Assembly (NCBI GenBank): GCA_002269645.1
Contig: NIVC01000027.1
Location: forward strand, 682,001-746,000
Reading direction: 5' to 3'
DNA: 64,000 bases
DNA from: Macrostomum lignano
Lineage: Eukaryota
Shown in pieces: positions 11,769 through 24,849 of this stretch; the stretch's first letter is position 1; each line of letters begins with the position of its first letter. The position numbers were made by a program, and so were the translations under genes. Below the pieces are notes generated by a model. The model was not told the origin of the DNA. It did not search any database and saw nothing but the letters and a program-made list of their open reading frames with translations.

Positions 11769-13494
11769 ATGCTCATGCTGCAGATATTTCTGGCTGCTGT
11801 ATTGGCTGCTTCTGTGGATGCAAGAATCGTTGAATATTCCTACATTGGCTGCTACGTTGACAACCGGCCCAGAGACATGTCCGGGCTTGAAAATATCATC
11901 AGTATCAACGGAATCAATGTTGTCGACATCAACATCCAGAGTGCGAGCATGTCTCACGAGTTCTGTCGCGACATCTGCTCTCTTGGCGAGTTCCCCTACT
12001 TCGGCTTGCAATACGCCAGCTACTGTTTTTGTGGCGAGTCTTACGGAAGATACGGTCCTCGCAGTTCAACCGGATGCAATAAAGTTTGCTAGGGAAATGG
12101 GAAAAAAAATTGTGGCGGCGCCTTCCTGAACTCGGTGTTCGCTCTGACCTACGCCGGTGAGTGCTGCATTTTCTACCTACTGTCTTATAGAGTTGCTTGT
12201 AGCTTACACGGACGATTGTGTCGTATCAAATATCGTTGCGTCCTATAGTATCGAGAAGGTTGTCTCACGTGTAAACTTATAGTGAAGGTTGTTGCATATT
12301 TTATAGAGAGAGTATAAGAGACTGTGTTGTGTCTTTGTGAGATGTTTGTGTTTGATAAAGATCGTTGTGTCTTATAGTATTAGCAAGTTTGCTTCTAATA
12401 GAGGAGAATGCGTTTTATAGAGATGGATGTGTCTTAAATATAGAGATGGGTGTGACTTGCAGAGATGCAGGTGTCTTGTAGAGATGGATGTGTCTTGTAG
12501 AGACGGAGGTGTCTTATAGATATGGAGGTGTCTTGTAGAGATCGGTGTGTCTTGTAGAGATAGAGGTGTCTTGTAGAGATGGATGTGTCTTATAGAGATA
12601 GAGGTGTCTTGTAGAGATGGAGGTTTCTTGTAAAGATGGAGGTGTCTTATAGATATGGGTGTGTCTTATAGAGATGGAGGTGTCTTGTAGAAATGGATGT
12701 GTCTTGTAGAGATGGAGGTTTCTTGTAAAGATGGAGGTGTCTTATAGATATAGGTGTGTCTTATAGAGATGGAGGTGTCTTGTAGAAATGGATGTGTCTT
12801 GTAGAGATAGAGGTTTCTTGTAGAGATGGAGGTGTCTTGTAGAGATGGATGTGTCTTATAGAGATAGAGGTGTCTTGTAGAGATAGAGGTATCTTGTAGA
12901 GATAGAGGTGTCTTGTAGAAATTGAGATGTCTTATAGAGTTTTATTGTGCATTGTAGCGATTTTTTACACAGTTACAGAGATATTCCTTTAAATATTTTT
13001 ATGTTGCTTAGAAATAAGTGCTACAAAAGAAAAAAATCGAGTAGTCAACGTTTTTTAATTGAGCCTTCAAATCCCGTGTGGATTGGAAAAGTGACGTAAG
13101 ATCATGTGCAATCTGAAGAAGCAGTCTAAAAAATTCTGTCTTATCTATTTCAACATAAATTAGATTGACTCGAGCTGGGCAATCAACCCTTTCACGACTG
13201 CTCGCTCTCCTCTCTCCACCCAATATCTGTTGCATCACTGCTCCGCCAATGCTTTCAGCCGCCGGCTACTTCAAATTGTCGCCGAGGCCCAGCCAGTCAG
13301 TCGAGGCGTCGTTCACATTCTGGACCGTGACGGCTAATGGCAAATTCGAGTGCCTGGCCAAGTGCGCCGCCAAATCTACCGAATGTCAGGCGGTGATATT
13401 CAACGGGCAGCAGAAGCTGTGCTACCTGTTGAAGTACGCCAGCCCGCCTGCCAGCATGAGCAGCGTGGCTGGGGACTACTTTGTACGAAACTGA
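11769..13494 (+). pseudogene. Secreted WSC + PAN/Apple protein copy 1, join(11769..12156,13259..13494), in-frame TAG at 12090-12092
   Basis: Signal peptide MLMLQIFLAAVLAASVDA; WSC YIGCYVD..RD..MSHEFCRDIC..YFGLQYASYCFCG..C*GN...CGG..NSVF; phase-1 intron; exon 2 PAN core C-x3-C..C..F......CYL. The stop replaces the Ser seen in paralogues (CSGN). Confidence 0.85.
12400..12940. repeat. 18-19-bp minisatellite (GTGTCTTGTAGAGATGGA) in the intron of WSC-PAN copy 1
   Basis: Degenerate direct repeats, about 28 units. Confidence 0.9.
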
Positions 13495-13640
13495 GTGTCA
13501 TGAAGCTGTTTCACATAAGTTGAAAATTTAAAATTGAATGATAGAATATTTTACGTACATGCAGTTGACGTCGAAATTTCATACCGACAAAGTTCAATAT
13601 CGTCAGCGATGTGAAATTTTGTGAAGTTTGTGAATGTGAA

Positions 13641-14185
13641 GGATTGGATGCACAGAGTAGAGCCTGGGTCCAGAGACATTGGGATGCACAGAGTAGAGCC
13701 TGGGTCCAGAGACATTGGGATGCACAGAGTAAAGCCTGGGTCCAGAGGGATTGGGATGCACAGAGTAGAGCCTGGATCCAGAGACATTGGGATGCACAGA
13801 GTAGAGCCTGGATCCAGAGGCATTGGGATGCACAGAGTAGAGCCTGGATCCAGAGGGATTGGGATGCACAGAGTAAAGCCAGGGTCCAGAGACATTGGGA
13901 TGCACAGAGTAGAGCCTGGATCCAGAGACATTGGGATGCACAGAGTAGAGCCTGGATCCAGAGACATTGGGATGCACAGAGTAGAGCCTGGATCCAGAGG
14001 CATTGGGATGCACAGAGTAGAGCCTGGATCCAGAGGGATTGGGATGCACAGAGTAAAGCCAGGGTCCAGAGACATTGGGATGCACAGAGTAAAGCCAGGG
14101 TCCAGATACATTGGGATGCACAGAGTAAAGCCAGGGTCCAGAGGAATTGGGATGCACAGAGTAGGGCCTGGATCCAGAGGCGTTG
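13641..14185. repeat. 36-bp minisatellite (GGGATGCACAGAGTAGAGCCTGGATCCAGAGACATT), about 15 copies
   Basis: Direct repeats; explains the 12-aa periodic ORFs on both strands. Confidence 0.95.
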
Positions 14186-15909
14186 GCCTTCTTTTTATAA
14201 ATACAGTTATGAGTATGGTAGCTGAAGCTTGAATGTCTCCTACTATTACATCGGTATACGAATATGTGACCTACATGTGTGGTAGCGGGTCTGGCAGTCC
14301 CGAAAGAAGAACACAGGGAACCGAGCTTACCGGTCGTATACTTAAGGCTGATCGTTGTGGTCGAAGAAGTTTAGAGGACTGGTCCCGGTTTCTTGTTTTT
14401 ATTTCTCTCTATTTAACTGGGTTGCCTCTCTTGTAATAATTTTTCTTTAGAAGAGAAGCAAGCAATCAAGAAAATTGAGAGAAATCTGTCAGTTACCGCA
14501 GCTAATATTTTGGACTACTCCTATTCTGTATCTTGTGTTCGCTTCAGTCTCCATTTAACAACTATGTTTGTCAGGCACCGTGAATGAGCGGGCCAGAGGG
14601 ACCAAGGAAAGGCCTACTTCTGCTACTGAAGCAAGCGAGAGGACTCATTGGCCTTTGCCGGAGGGAGAGGGGGCTCAGTGATGACTCGGTTAGATAAATC
14701 AGTCCACCAGAAACTATGCTCATACCAGTGAATGAGGGACTTTCACTCGTAGCTTTATAACTCATGGCATTCATTGCATTGCCCAGTAACAGTCAGTCAG
14801 CCCTGTCAGAAATTTCACGAAAATATTAATGCAAAATCGATTATAACACGCATCACTTGTTTAAGAGCCTAAATGTGAGTTTTCGAGTTTAGAGTTCACT
14901 ATACAATTAATTTTTCGTTCTTTTGGATACCAACTGGCACTACTAAGTGGAATAAGTCGATTGCAATAAGTGCTTGAGGTTCAACTGGAGTGAGAATATT
15001 GATGGAGCAGTGCTCTTAGGACGTTTTTGATCGACAGAGGGCGTAGAAAGTTCCGGACTCGAACTATTCCAATTTCTAGATGTGAATCAGGAGCTGGAAC
15101 GAGCGCACGACCGCCCTAATGGCCTTCAAATAATACGAGAATTATAATTCGTCCATATCATCCAGTGTTAACATGAGCAAACTGTTTTTTCGAGCATACG
15201 TACTGTTTCTTATTGCCTTGAGTTTTTTAAACCAGAAGCGCCATCGCAGTGGCGCCAACGTGGAAGCACCATGACAATGACAACTGCAGGAGGGTTGCGG
15301 GCACCCTGGCAATCGTCCACGTCCCACAACCAGTGCTGACGGAAATTCTGTCCTTTCCACTGCTCCTGAGCACATACTGTGCAAGTGCACCAATACTGTA
15401 CGCAGGCACGCACTCATACAAGCCGTACACACACGCTCACACAGGGTGTACAGCGGCACTGACTTTCTGATCATCAAGCATGTACACTGTCTGTGCCTTG
15501 TCGGTCGGCCAGCTCATGGGTGTGAATGGAACGACAATCCCTTGGTGAATTATTCTTGCAACAAGCCCTAAATGAATGTGGCCCCGCACGGGTCGCGGAG
15601 CGAGAGAGTCAGGTGAGCTTGGCTGCTCTGCCCCGTTGGGGTTGCCAGGACTACTTTTGCCGGCCTATTGTGGGGGGGCAGCCCCCTTGCCGCCAATGGC
15701 TACGCCCACGCCCTCAAGAGTCACCTCAAGCCTTATCAATTATGAATATTTAAACGTGCTCACTCAGTATCCTGCATACTCAGCAATCTCATTGGATGAT
15801 ATTAATTTGGACCACAGCCTTCCTTCTATTTAAAAACGCAAAAGGTTTTTATTAAAAAAACTGTAGCCGCACACCTGCTTGTTAGCTTGGGCAGCAGAAG
15901 CTCAGCACA

Positions 15910-16819
15910 ATGCTCTTGCTGCAAATTCTACTGACACTTTTCGCGATTGCCTTTGTGGCTGCATGAATTGTCGAATATTCCTACATTGGCTGCTACGTTG
16001 ACGGCTGGCCTAGAGACATGACCGCACTGGAAAACATCACCAGCATCAACGGAATCAACGTTGCAGACATGAGAATCCTGAGCGCGAGCATGTCTCACGA
16101 AGTTTGCCGCGACATCTGCGCTCTGGGAGAGTTCCCCTACTTCGGTTTGCAATACGCCAGCTACTGTTTTTGTGGCGAGTCTTACGGAAGATACGGGCCA
16201 CGCAGTTCAACAGAATGCGTCATAGCTTGCTCTGGTAATTCCAGCCAGAACTGTGGCGCCGGCTTCCGGAACTCGGTGTTCGCTCTGACCTATGCCGGTG
16301 AGTTAACGTCTTCTCAGTTGGTTTACAGCTACTCTCCCTACTGAGCATTGAGATGAGCCACTGATTTTTTTACTAAGCGATATAATCATGTCACAGATGC
16401 TCAAAGTTTATCATGGTTCTGAGAGAGATTTGTCTTGCCGAGAGAGCCTATGGTTGTTTCTGTATAAGATAGGCGAGATAGTTGAGTCTGTGGGCGAGAT
16501 GTAATAGATGGCTGTCTCAAAACCAAAATATCACCTGGAATATGTAACTTCAACGTTCTTTGATCACCCGTCAATGCTTTCAGCTGCCGGCTACTTCAAA
16601 TTGTCGCCGAGGCCCAGCCAGTCAGTGGAGGCGCCGTTCACATTCTGGAATGTGACCGCCAATGGCAAGTTCCAGTGCCTGGCGAAGTGCGCCGCCAAGT
16701 CCACCGAATGTCAGGCGGCGATATTCAACGGGCAGCAGAAGCTGTGCTACCTGTTGAAATACGCCAACCCGCCTGCCAGCATGAGCAGCGTGGCTGGGGA
16801 CTACTTTGTACGAAACTGA
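15910..16819 (+). pseudogene. Secreted WSC + PAN/Apple protein copy 2, join(15910..16297,16584..16819), in-frame TGA at 15964-15966
   Basis: Same exon sizes (388+236 nt) as copy 1. MLLLQILLTLFAIAFVAA*IVEYSYIGC: TGA sits where paralogues have Arg after the signal peptide (consistent with CGA>TGA); the rest of the frame is intact. Confidence 0.85.
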
Positions 16820-16996
16820 GCTCGGAGATTACGCGGAATGTCACACGGAATGCTGAGCGCTCTACGAACTGAAACATCTTTATGAACACTAGCGGCGTTT
16901 TGCGTAAAGATTACTTAGCCAGTGTCATGGCTACATATATAAATATTCGGAAAGTTTTCGCACCGTAAGCATCAGTGTTTAGTCCTTCGCCTACAG

Positions 16997-17508
16997 CAGG
17001 GGTCCGCAAACTTTTTTACCTTAAGGGCCAGATAGAGAACGAAGAGCATGACTGCGGGCCGGAACAAGAGAGAAGAAGGGGAATGTAGAAGAGATAAGGG
17101 ATATAGGGGAATTGAGAGAAAAGGGAATAAAGGAGAAGAGAGGAGAAAGAAGAGAGGAGAGGAGCGAGAGGAGAGGAGATCAGAGAGGAGAGAAGAGGAG
17201 AGAGGAGAGGAGAGAAGAGGAGAGAGGAGAGAAGAGAGGAGGAGAGGAGCGAGAGGAGTGGAGAGCAGAGAGGAGAGAAGAGGAGAGAGGAGAGGAGAGA
17301 AGAGGAGAGAGGAGAGAAGAGAGGAGGAGAGGAGCGAGAGGAGTGGAGAGCAGAGAGGAGAGGATAGGGGAAGGGAGATTAGAGAGAATAGCGCTGAGAA
17401 GAGATGCAAACACTGGATTGCTACTGTGAAGTTTCAAAGGGCCCGATTGCGGGATAGAGAAGCTTGGCGGGCCGTATCTGGCCCGCGAGCCGGGTTTTCC
17501 GACCCCTG
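16997..17508 (+). mobile_element. hAT-type MITE (TIR CAGGGGTC(C/G)G(C/A)AAAC) with GAGGA-rich core
   Basis: Left CAGGGGTCCGCAAAC, right GTTTTCCGACCCCTG; GGGCC/GGCCC subterminal motifs typical of Charlie-like hAT MITEs. 8-bp TSD only partly conserved. Confidence 0.7.
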
Positions 17509-17510
17509 GC

Positions 17511-17906
17511 ACGTATTAAACATTCGCCGACACTTATTCAGACACTTCTACAGACACTTTAGTTTCTGTCGTACGAATCGTAGGAACAAGCATTAAATTT
17601 GTTTATTCCTAACAAACTATCAGTAAAATGCTTTATTTTAAGCTTTTTTTGCTTTATTTTATTAAATATGAATCATGAAATTTGTTATTCTGCATAGATT
17701 CTCTTCACGTGAAGAAGAATGTTAAATTTGTCCAGGACACTTCCTAATTCAAATTTAATAAAATAAAGCAAAAAAAGCTTAAAATAAAGCATTTTACTGA
17801 TATTTTGTTAGGAATAAACAAATTTAATTGTTCCTACGATTCGTACGACAGAAACTAAAGTGTCTGTAGAAGTGTCTGAATAAGTGTCGGCGAATGTTTC
17901 ATACGT
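17511..17906. mobile_element. Mutator-like foldback MITE, about 155-bp TIRs, 9-bp TSD ACCCCTGGC
   Basis: Arms start ACGTAT(T/G)AAACATTCGCCGACACTTATTCAGAC... and are near-perfect inverted copies; ACCCCTGGC at 17502-17510 and 17907-17915. Confidence 0.85.
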
Positions 17907-20669
17907 ACCCCTGGCCTGGCTTATTATCATTAGGCTTTATTTCTTAGAAAACTATTCAACAATAAGTTTTTACTGGCGAGTTAATAAATATTAATTAAAT
18001 TTCACAACTAAGAAACATTCATTTAACAGATATTTAAAGTTAAATTTTTACTTTTGTTATACTGTACTCAGTTTCTAGACATTTACGGTGTTATCTACAA
18101 ATACAAAGAACTCAGCCAACAAAAATTTGTTTCCAAAGATTCTGATTCCATATGGGAAATGAACGTTTTGGCTAGATATCTGGATTAAAAGGCATTTATT
18201 GACCATAAAATTACAGACTTGCAGTCCAAAAAAACTGTATGCATGCTTGACCCATTCTGTCATGAACCAATAAGATTGAAAATGTTTAGCTATGAAATCG
18301 GCACTCCAATGCATCCCTACATCGTTTGTGTGTGTGTGAACTTGGGAATTATAGCAGAAGACTATGAAATAATTTTACCCATCAGCTGCAAAACAGCTAT
18401 ATCCTTCCTTCACGATATTGAAGCTTTGCATTCCTATAGCTCTGAGCCAGCTTCTGTTGACATTCTACGGTTAAAAATAATGGGAGAGGCCCGTCAGATG
18501 CGGGTGGGAAATGATAAGTGTACAGGCCTGGTGTCCATTTGAGTCAAGGCGACCTGAGTACAGGTACCTGGAGAAGCAGGCCTTCCCCCAACTACCCCCT
18601 CCAAACATTTTCAAACACCTTTCAAACAGTCGTTTCGCTGTGCAATATCTGATGTTTTAATAAAATTTACATAGCTTCAGTTTTGATGAACAAATTTTTT
18701 ACAAAATTGTCTTTAAGGACCGCTATACGCTCTTGTGATCTTTTCTGTGTCATTCATTCAGAACTTCATTCGGTGTCAAAGAATCAGCTCAGAATTTCCG
18801 TGTAAAAATCGCTTGCGTTTCAAAACGTCTTTCGGTGACTGGCCGGTGGTGCAATATTTTTACTCAAATAGGGGATAATTTCATCAACCTACAGATGTCC
18901 AAAAAGTGGAGGAAGGTTTAAAGAAAAAGTGTTGTCACTCCAGACACTTGATACTGGGTCTCCTTAACTTCAATTGCAATTTAAAACATAAATAATATTG
19001 CTATCTCTAGCCCAAATGTATCAAGGCTTAGATGTACATTATGCAGGTAGTTGCCTAGGCAACCCAGTCATCCCCAACTCAGCGCTACAGCTCCCCTTCA
19101 CCAGCCTCAAACTCCCTGAGCCGTCAAGTCAAAAAAATAATAATAAACCGGATGCCAGCTTTTTTATAGCCCAAAAGCTAATTTTAGTGAAACAGCGCTT
19201 AGTCATGAGGCTATACCTGCCTGCTGGACAATTCTAGATTCTTTCAGTGATGCATTTTTAGCTCCCAATATTCTGTTCTTCTCCTGAATCTTCTGTTAAT
19301 TACCAAGTCAGTTCATTTAGATTTAAGGACTTTTATTACCAAAATCTTGTTCTGAAAATATGCTGGACACTTAATAAAATTTGGGTGAAGGTGAAGGTGA
19401 AGGTGAAGGTGAAGGTGAAGGCTATTAGGGTGAAGGGCCTGTCAATTTAAACTCATGAAGTGGAGCCTGAGTAACCTATGTACACAAATGATAGGTTATT
19501 CTGCCCACAATGACACTAGAAAGCTGGGTTTGGCGATAAAAGCGATGAAAATTGGACTTGGGATAAGGGAGAACAAGCAAGGTGATAATTAGGGACTCTA
19601 CTTTATGAGCTTAACTGGACTTAATAGTCCCAAATTATCCATTTGCTTGCTTGCTCCCCCAGGTCCATTTTTTCGTTTTTACCAAAACCCTGATTACTGG
19701 TATCACTGTGAGGAGAATGACCTAATCATTTCTGTACATCCGGTACATTAGGCCCTTCGCTTCTACTGTTAGTAGAAAAGAGAGGCCTGGAACATTTTTT
19801 CGCCGTTTACTGCATGAAGCAACTATAGAATAGTAGCACTCGAGGCCAAGTCGAGAGACCGTCCTTGCTTTATACAACACCTATAGACTTGGACGCTGTC
19901 AGACTCACAGAAACAGAGAGCAGGTCTTTGTGGAGCACGTGGAAGTTGGCAAAATATAGTAAAATAGGTTCAGACGCTTTGTCAAGAACGACGAAGATGT
20001 ACCCTGAGGTGTACCGCGAATACCCAAATTTATTAGATCGGACAGAAGAATGTCCGGACTTCTTGAACTTTAGCTAGATAAAATAGTTGCAGTTTCGATT
20101 GTATGATCATAATTTTGTCTCTACGGGGTTTTTTTGATGGTGCTGATTTCAAATTTGAGCTTCATTTTTTCGTAGCTTAAAGCCAACCACAGGGGCATGG
20201 GGAATGGGGGTTTTAGGGTGGGGAGAATCTTCATGGGGATTGATTTTGCATGCCTAAGCTTCAATAGAGGCATGGGAGTCTATTGAAGATTAGGTAGAAA
20301 AATTCCGAGACCAGTTGGGGGGGGGGTCCTAGGTTTGAAACTGCTTGTATCAAATTATCACTAATTGCATACGAGATTAACAAATCGATGTCCTGCTACC
20401 TCTGAAAGTACCTTTTTCAGTTTAATTGCTTTACTATAATTTTGGACAGCCTCTAAGACTCTGGCGAAAGTTTCAGAAAAAGTTGGAAAATTGGAAGTAT
20501 TTTTTTTTACCTAAAGTTCAAGAAGTCCGAATGTCTATGGCTGGCTAAAAATTTAACACTCTCGATCTTTGGCAACTAAAGCGCATTCAATATCCTGATT
20601 TGATGCAGGATAGTACGAGCTATAGCGCTACATAGAACGCTTTTTAGTTCAACTTAAACTCGAATTGCA

Positions 20670-23600
20670 ATGCTGAGCCGGCTGCCGCCACTGTTCTGGC
20701 GAATTTTCCCTCTAGTGCTGTATGGCAGCTTCATTGTGTCTGGCATCGTGCTCATTGCCTCAGGTGCAGTCAGGGCCAAGCGAGTGAGCAACAAAGACGA
20801 CTTACTCGGCTATGCAGAGGTTGGCTCCTACGCCAAAGGCGTCACCAGTATTGGACTTGGCCTCGCCGACTTGCTGCTTGGCATTGCTGGAATTGCTACA
20901 ACTCTACTGGGCTACAGGTGGATGTACTTCGCCGTGAGTTGCTAGTGTAGCTTATTTAAGTATTAGCACCAGGCTTTAGGGCTTTAGCACCAGGGACGCC
21001 AGCACCAGGGGCTTTAGCAAGCACCAGGGGCTTTAGCAAGCACCTTGATTTGTTACCAGTCACATAAATTTGTGTCTAAATTGAAATCTCGGCTTGGCTC
21101 TGCTCGTGCAATTAACGCCCCTTGAGGACCAACCCCAAGGCACAGTGAAGTGTACATGCCAATTGATAAATAAATTTCAGACTGCTGTAGACTGCTGTGA
21201 GTGTGTGCCTGTGTGTATGACTGCGTACGTATCCGCGCGCTTGTGCGCCTGCTCAGGGGAGTCGGCGGAATGGGCAGTAATGCCTCTCGCCGGTTGTGTG
21301 GCAAAATATGTTTCCAATTTCGGTGAAAAATATTTCAGCTCATGGCCGCTCTGCTGTTGACTCTTCTCAGCAGTATCATCACCTATTACGGAATTCGCCT
21401 CAATGCTGTCGAAGATGTAAAAGAAACCAGGAACACTATAAGAGAGATGATGATTAAATTTTACGGTAATAACAGCATCTCAGATGGACGAGAGTTCACG
21501 GAGATGATCAACACAATGCAGTCAGATGTAAGTCTAATCAGCTAATTCTAATCACTAATCTAATAGACTAATCAAATAGACTAATCTGGATAAGTCTCAA
21601 GCTATTATGAGGCAGATTTGATACTGCTTCGAGTCCAAGATTTTAGCTTGGATTTTTCGCTGGTTTTTAAAAACAATTTAAGGTCAACCTTGGCCTCAAT
21701 CGGTTCTTTTGGATGAGGTCAAGAAAGGAGTTTTATCATCTGACAGGTGGGATTTTTTGAATAGAAAAGATTTTTAGATTTAGTTGGCCACTGCGCGGTT
21801 TTGAGCGCCAATATATATATTTAGAAATCGATATTTGCGTGGGGTGGAGTTGCGCCTGATAAACAAGAAGCGTGCAAGCTGATTGGCTGCAGAGTGACGG
21901 GGGGAAGGCATTGTACACTTGAGGGTCAGAGAGTTACACGATGTACGGCAAGGCCAACAAGATGAAACTTGGGTCAATTTCAGGTTAACATTTGCCATAT
22001 TTAGAAGTTTTAAAATTTAATGTTGTAAACCGGTTTTCGAACAATGAAAAATAGTCGTTCACTGTTTTCGTGATACAACTAAAGATGGAATGTGAACTCA
22101 TGACATTTAAAGTTTTATTTTACGTAGTATTTTCTTACTAGCAAAGCCAGCCTTCAGAGACACTCCTGATCTTCCGTTACCAAAGAAATTATACCATCGC
22201 AATTAAGGACGCACTTCTTCTATACATTTAAGCAATTTTTTCCAAATCAACAGAGAAGCTGTTGCGGTCTCAGCGGAGTTGAAAAAGAAAACATCTTTCT
22301 GGTCACGCCCTGGCACCGTCTGATTAACGTTAACAACAATGCCAAGCACGTCATCACGCTACCGGACTCGTGCTGCACTTCTCACTTGGACGAATGCCGA
22401 TTGGCCAAGGATATCAAGGCTGCCAGAGAGGCTGGTTATGTTCACAATGAGGTAGAAATTTGTTGGTGGGGAAAATTTTTGACGAATTTCTATACAACAT
22501 ACCGATTTGTTTACTCAAATCATATTTTGATGTTCGCAGGACTGTCTGTACAGCCTGTTCAAGGCGTTCGACGGCTACTTGCTGCTCATGCTTATCGAGG
22601 TCTTTCTCTGCAGCATTATGCATGTACGTCGGTCTTTTACTTCATCTGATCTAACTCGTAGAGAGTCAGGCAGAAGGCAGTTATGTGATACAGAGTTATG
22701 TGGAGCTTAGGCTACCACTCCACCACTCACCCTCTACTCACTCTACTCACTCTCTACTCACTGTACTCACTCTCTACTCACCCTCTACTCCCTTTCTACT
22801 CACCCTCTACTCACCTTCTACTCACCCTCTACTCACTCTCTACTCACTCTCTACTCACTCTCTACTCACCCTCTACTCACTCTCTACTCACCCTCTACTC
22901 ACTCTCTACTCACTGTACTCACTCTCTACTCACTCTCTACTCACTGTACTCACTCTCTACTCACCCTCTACTCACTCTCTACTCATTCTCTACTCACTCT
23001 ACTCACTGTACTCACTCTCTACTCACTCTCTACTCACTGTACTCACTCTCTACTCACTGTACTCACTCTCTACTCACTGTACTCACTCTCTACTCACTCT
23101 CTACTCACTCTCTACTCATTATCTACTCACTCTCTACTCACTGTACTCACTCTCTACTCACTGTACTCACTCTCTACTCACTCTCTACTCACTCTCTACT
23201 CATTATCTACTCACTCTCTACTCACTGTACTCACTCTCTACTCACTCTCTACTCACTCTCTACTCACTCTCTACTCATTCTCTAATCACTCTCTACTCAC
23301 TCTCTACTCACCCTCTACTCACCCTCTACTCACTCTCTACTCATTATGTACTCACTCTCTACTCATTCTCTACTCACTGTACTCACCCTCTACTCACTCT
23401 CTACTCATTCTCTACTCACTCTCTACTCATTCTCTAATCACTCTCTACTCACCCTCTACTCACTCTCTACTAATTATGTACTCATTCTCTACTTACTCTC
23501 TACTCACTGTACTCACCCTCTACTCACTCTCTACTCATTCTCTAATCACTCTCTACTCACCCTCTACTCACCCTCTACTCACCTTAACAAAATTAGAACA

Positions 23601-23693
23601 GATCTTCCCATTAAATTGCAGCTCATCACCTTGGTCTACATAGTCGTTTATCTCAAGTTCGGTCCAGAGTCTAGCAGTACGGCTTCAGAGTGA
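20670..23693 (+). CDS. Tetraspanin A, join(20670..20933,21339..21527,22254..22451,22540..22623,23622..23693), 268 aa
   Basis: Four hydrophobic segments; EC2 with SCCG, PDSCC and two further Cys (DEC, EDC). All introns GT-AG phase 0; exon structure matches paralogue B. Confidence 0.88.
21090..21305 (+). mobile_element. Truncated copy of the tRNA-derived SINE family, in tetraspanin A intron 1
   Basis: Matches the body of 52371-52730 (CTCTGCTCGTGCAATTAACG...CTCTCGCCGGTTGTGTG). Confidence 0.85.
22725..23582. repeat. (CTCTACTCA/CTCTACTCACT)n minisatellite in tetraspanin A intron 4
   Basis: 9-11-bp units seen directly. Confidence 0.95.
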
Positions 23694-24139
23694 CTGCACC
23701 CTGACGAACAGGATTTTCTATTTAGTGATTTTTTTCGAACCAGAGTAAACTAAAAATGCAGACGTTTTATTTTCATTGTATGCAATAATAGAAATTTCAA
23801 CAGTGTATTTTAAAGTGCTGCAGAGTCACTAACATGTGCAACATGTAGGCCTTAGTTACTTATTTAGAATTCACTGTATTGGAAAATATAAACTACATGA
23901 CAGCCACAAGAGTCCCTTTGAAAAAGCAATGCTTCTTATATTATTTTTTATACTTGACAGACTTTCGTAGAATTGTATTCCACGTCTTTATTTTCTTTTA
24001 ATAACCATATTAATAGGTTGAAAATAGATCCAGACCCTGGAGCATGAATGTGGGAGTTGTCAGGCTGTCACTAAATGTAACTAAATGTTACTAAAAAAGT
24101 AACTTAATGTTAATAAAGGAGACGCAGGAGAGAGAAGCG

Positions 24140-24545
24140 GGAGCGGGAGAGGCGGGAGAGGAAGAGGCGGGAGAGGGAGAGGCGGGAGAGGGAGAGGCGG
24201 GAGAAGGAGAGGCGGGAGAGGGAGAGGCGGGAGAGGGAGAGGCGGGAGAGGGAGAGGCGGGAGAGGGAGAGGCGGGAGAGGGAGAGGCGGGAGAGGGAGA
24301 GGCGAGAGAGGGAGAGGCGAGAGAGGGAGAGGCGAGAGAGGGAGAGGCGGGAGAGGGAGAGGCGGGAGAGGGAGAGGCGGGAGAGGGAGAGGCGGGAGAG
24401 GGAGAGGCGGGAGAGGGAGAGGCGGGAGAGGGAGAGGCGGGAGAGGGAGAGGCGGGAGAGGGAGAGGCGGGAGAGGGAGAGGTGGGAGAGGGAGAGGCGG
24501 GAGAGGGAGAGGCGGGAGAGGGAGAGGCGGGAGAGGGAGAGGCGG
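24140..24545. repeat. 15-bp G-rich minisatellite (GAGGGAGAGGCGGGA)n
   Basis: About 26 units seen directly. Confidence 0.95.
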
Positions 24546-24570
24546 TAGGGGAAGATGCGAGAGTGGGATG

Positions 24571-24790
24571 GGGTCGCCATCATGACCCGAAAAATCATAA
24601 ACCCGAAATATCATAAGCCCGAAATATCATAAGCATGAAATATCCTAACTCCGAAAGCCAAAATAGCACTGGACATTGCTAGTATTTTCGGAGTTATGAT
24701 ATTTCGGGTTATGACATTTCGGGTATTAGAGTTCTGGTTTATGATGGGTGTTACTAGAATTTTTGGACATTTCGGGTTTGTGATACTTCA
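24571..24790. mobile_element. Non-autonomous DNA element with inverted subterminal CCCGAAATATCATAA repeats
   Basis: CCCGAAATATCATAA repeated at 24585-24650 and inverted (TTATGATATTTCGGG) at 24690-24790; termini and TSD not resolved. Confidence 0.45.
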
Positions 24791-24849
24791 GGCTAATGAT
24801 AAAAAATGGCAAATATGTTGTGTGGATACTCTCCAACAATACATAATAA

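Noticed and set aside
13641-14185. 36-bp and 37-bp (42105-42572) repeats as CRISPR arrays
   Set aside because: Head-to-tail units with no unique spacers, no cas genes, and a eukaryotic intronic or intergenic context.
15964-15966. Selenocysteine or programmed readthrough at the TGA of WSC-PAN copy 2 (and the TAG of copy 1)
   Set aside because: The positions correspond to Arg and Ser in paralogues, are not shared between copies, and I saw no SECIS-like element; mutation or error is simpler.
19800-20077. Possible mariner/Tc1 N-terminal remnant (RFRRFVKNDEDVP*GVPR..RSDRRMS)
   Set aside because: Resemblance too weak to support without a profile search.
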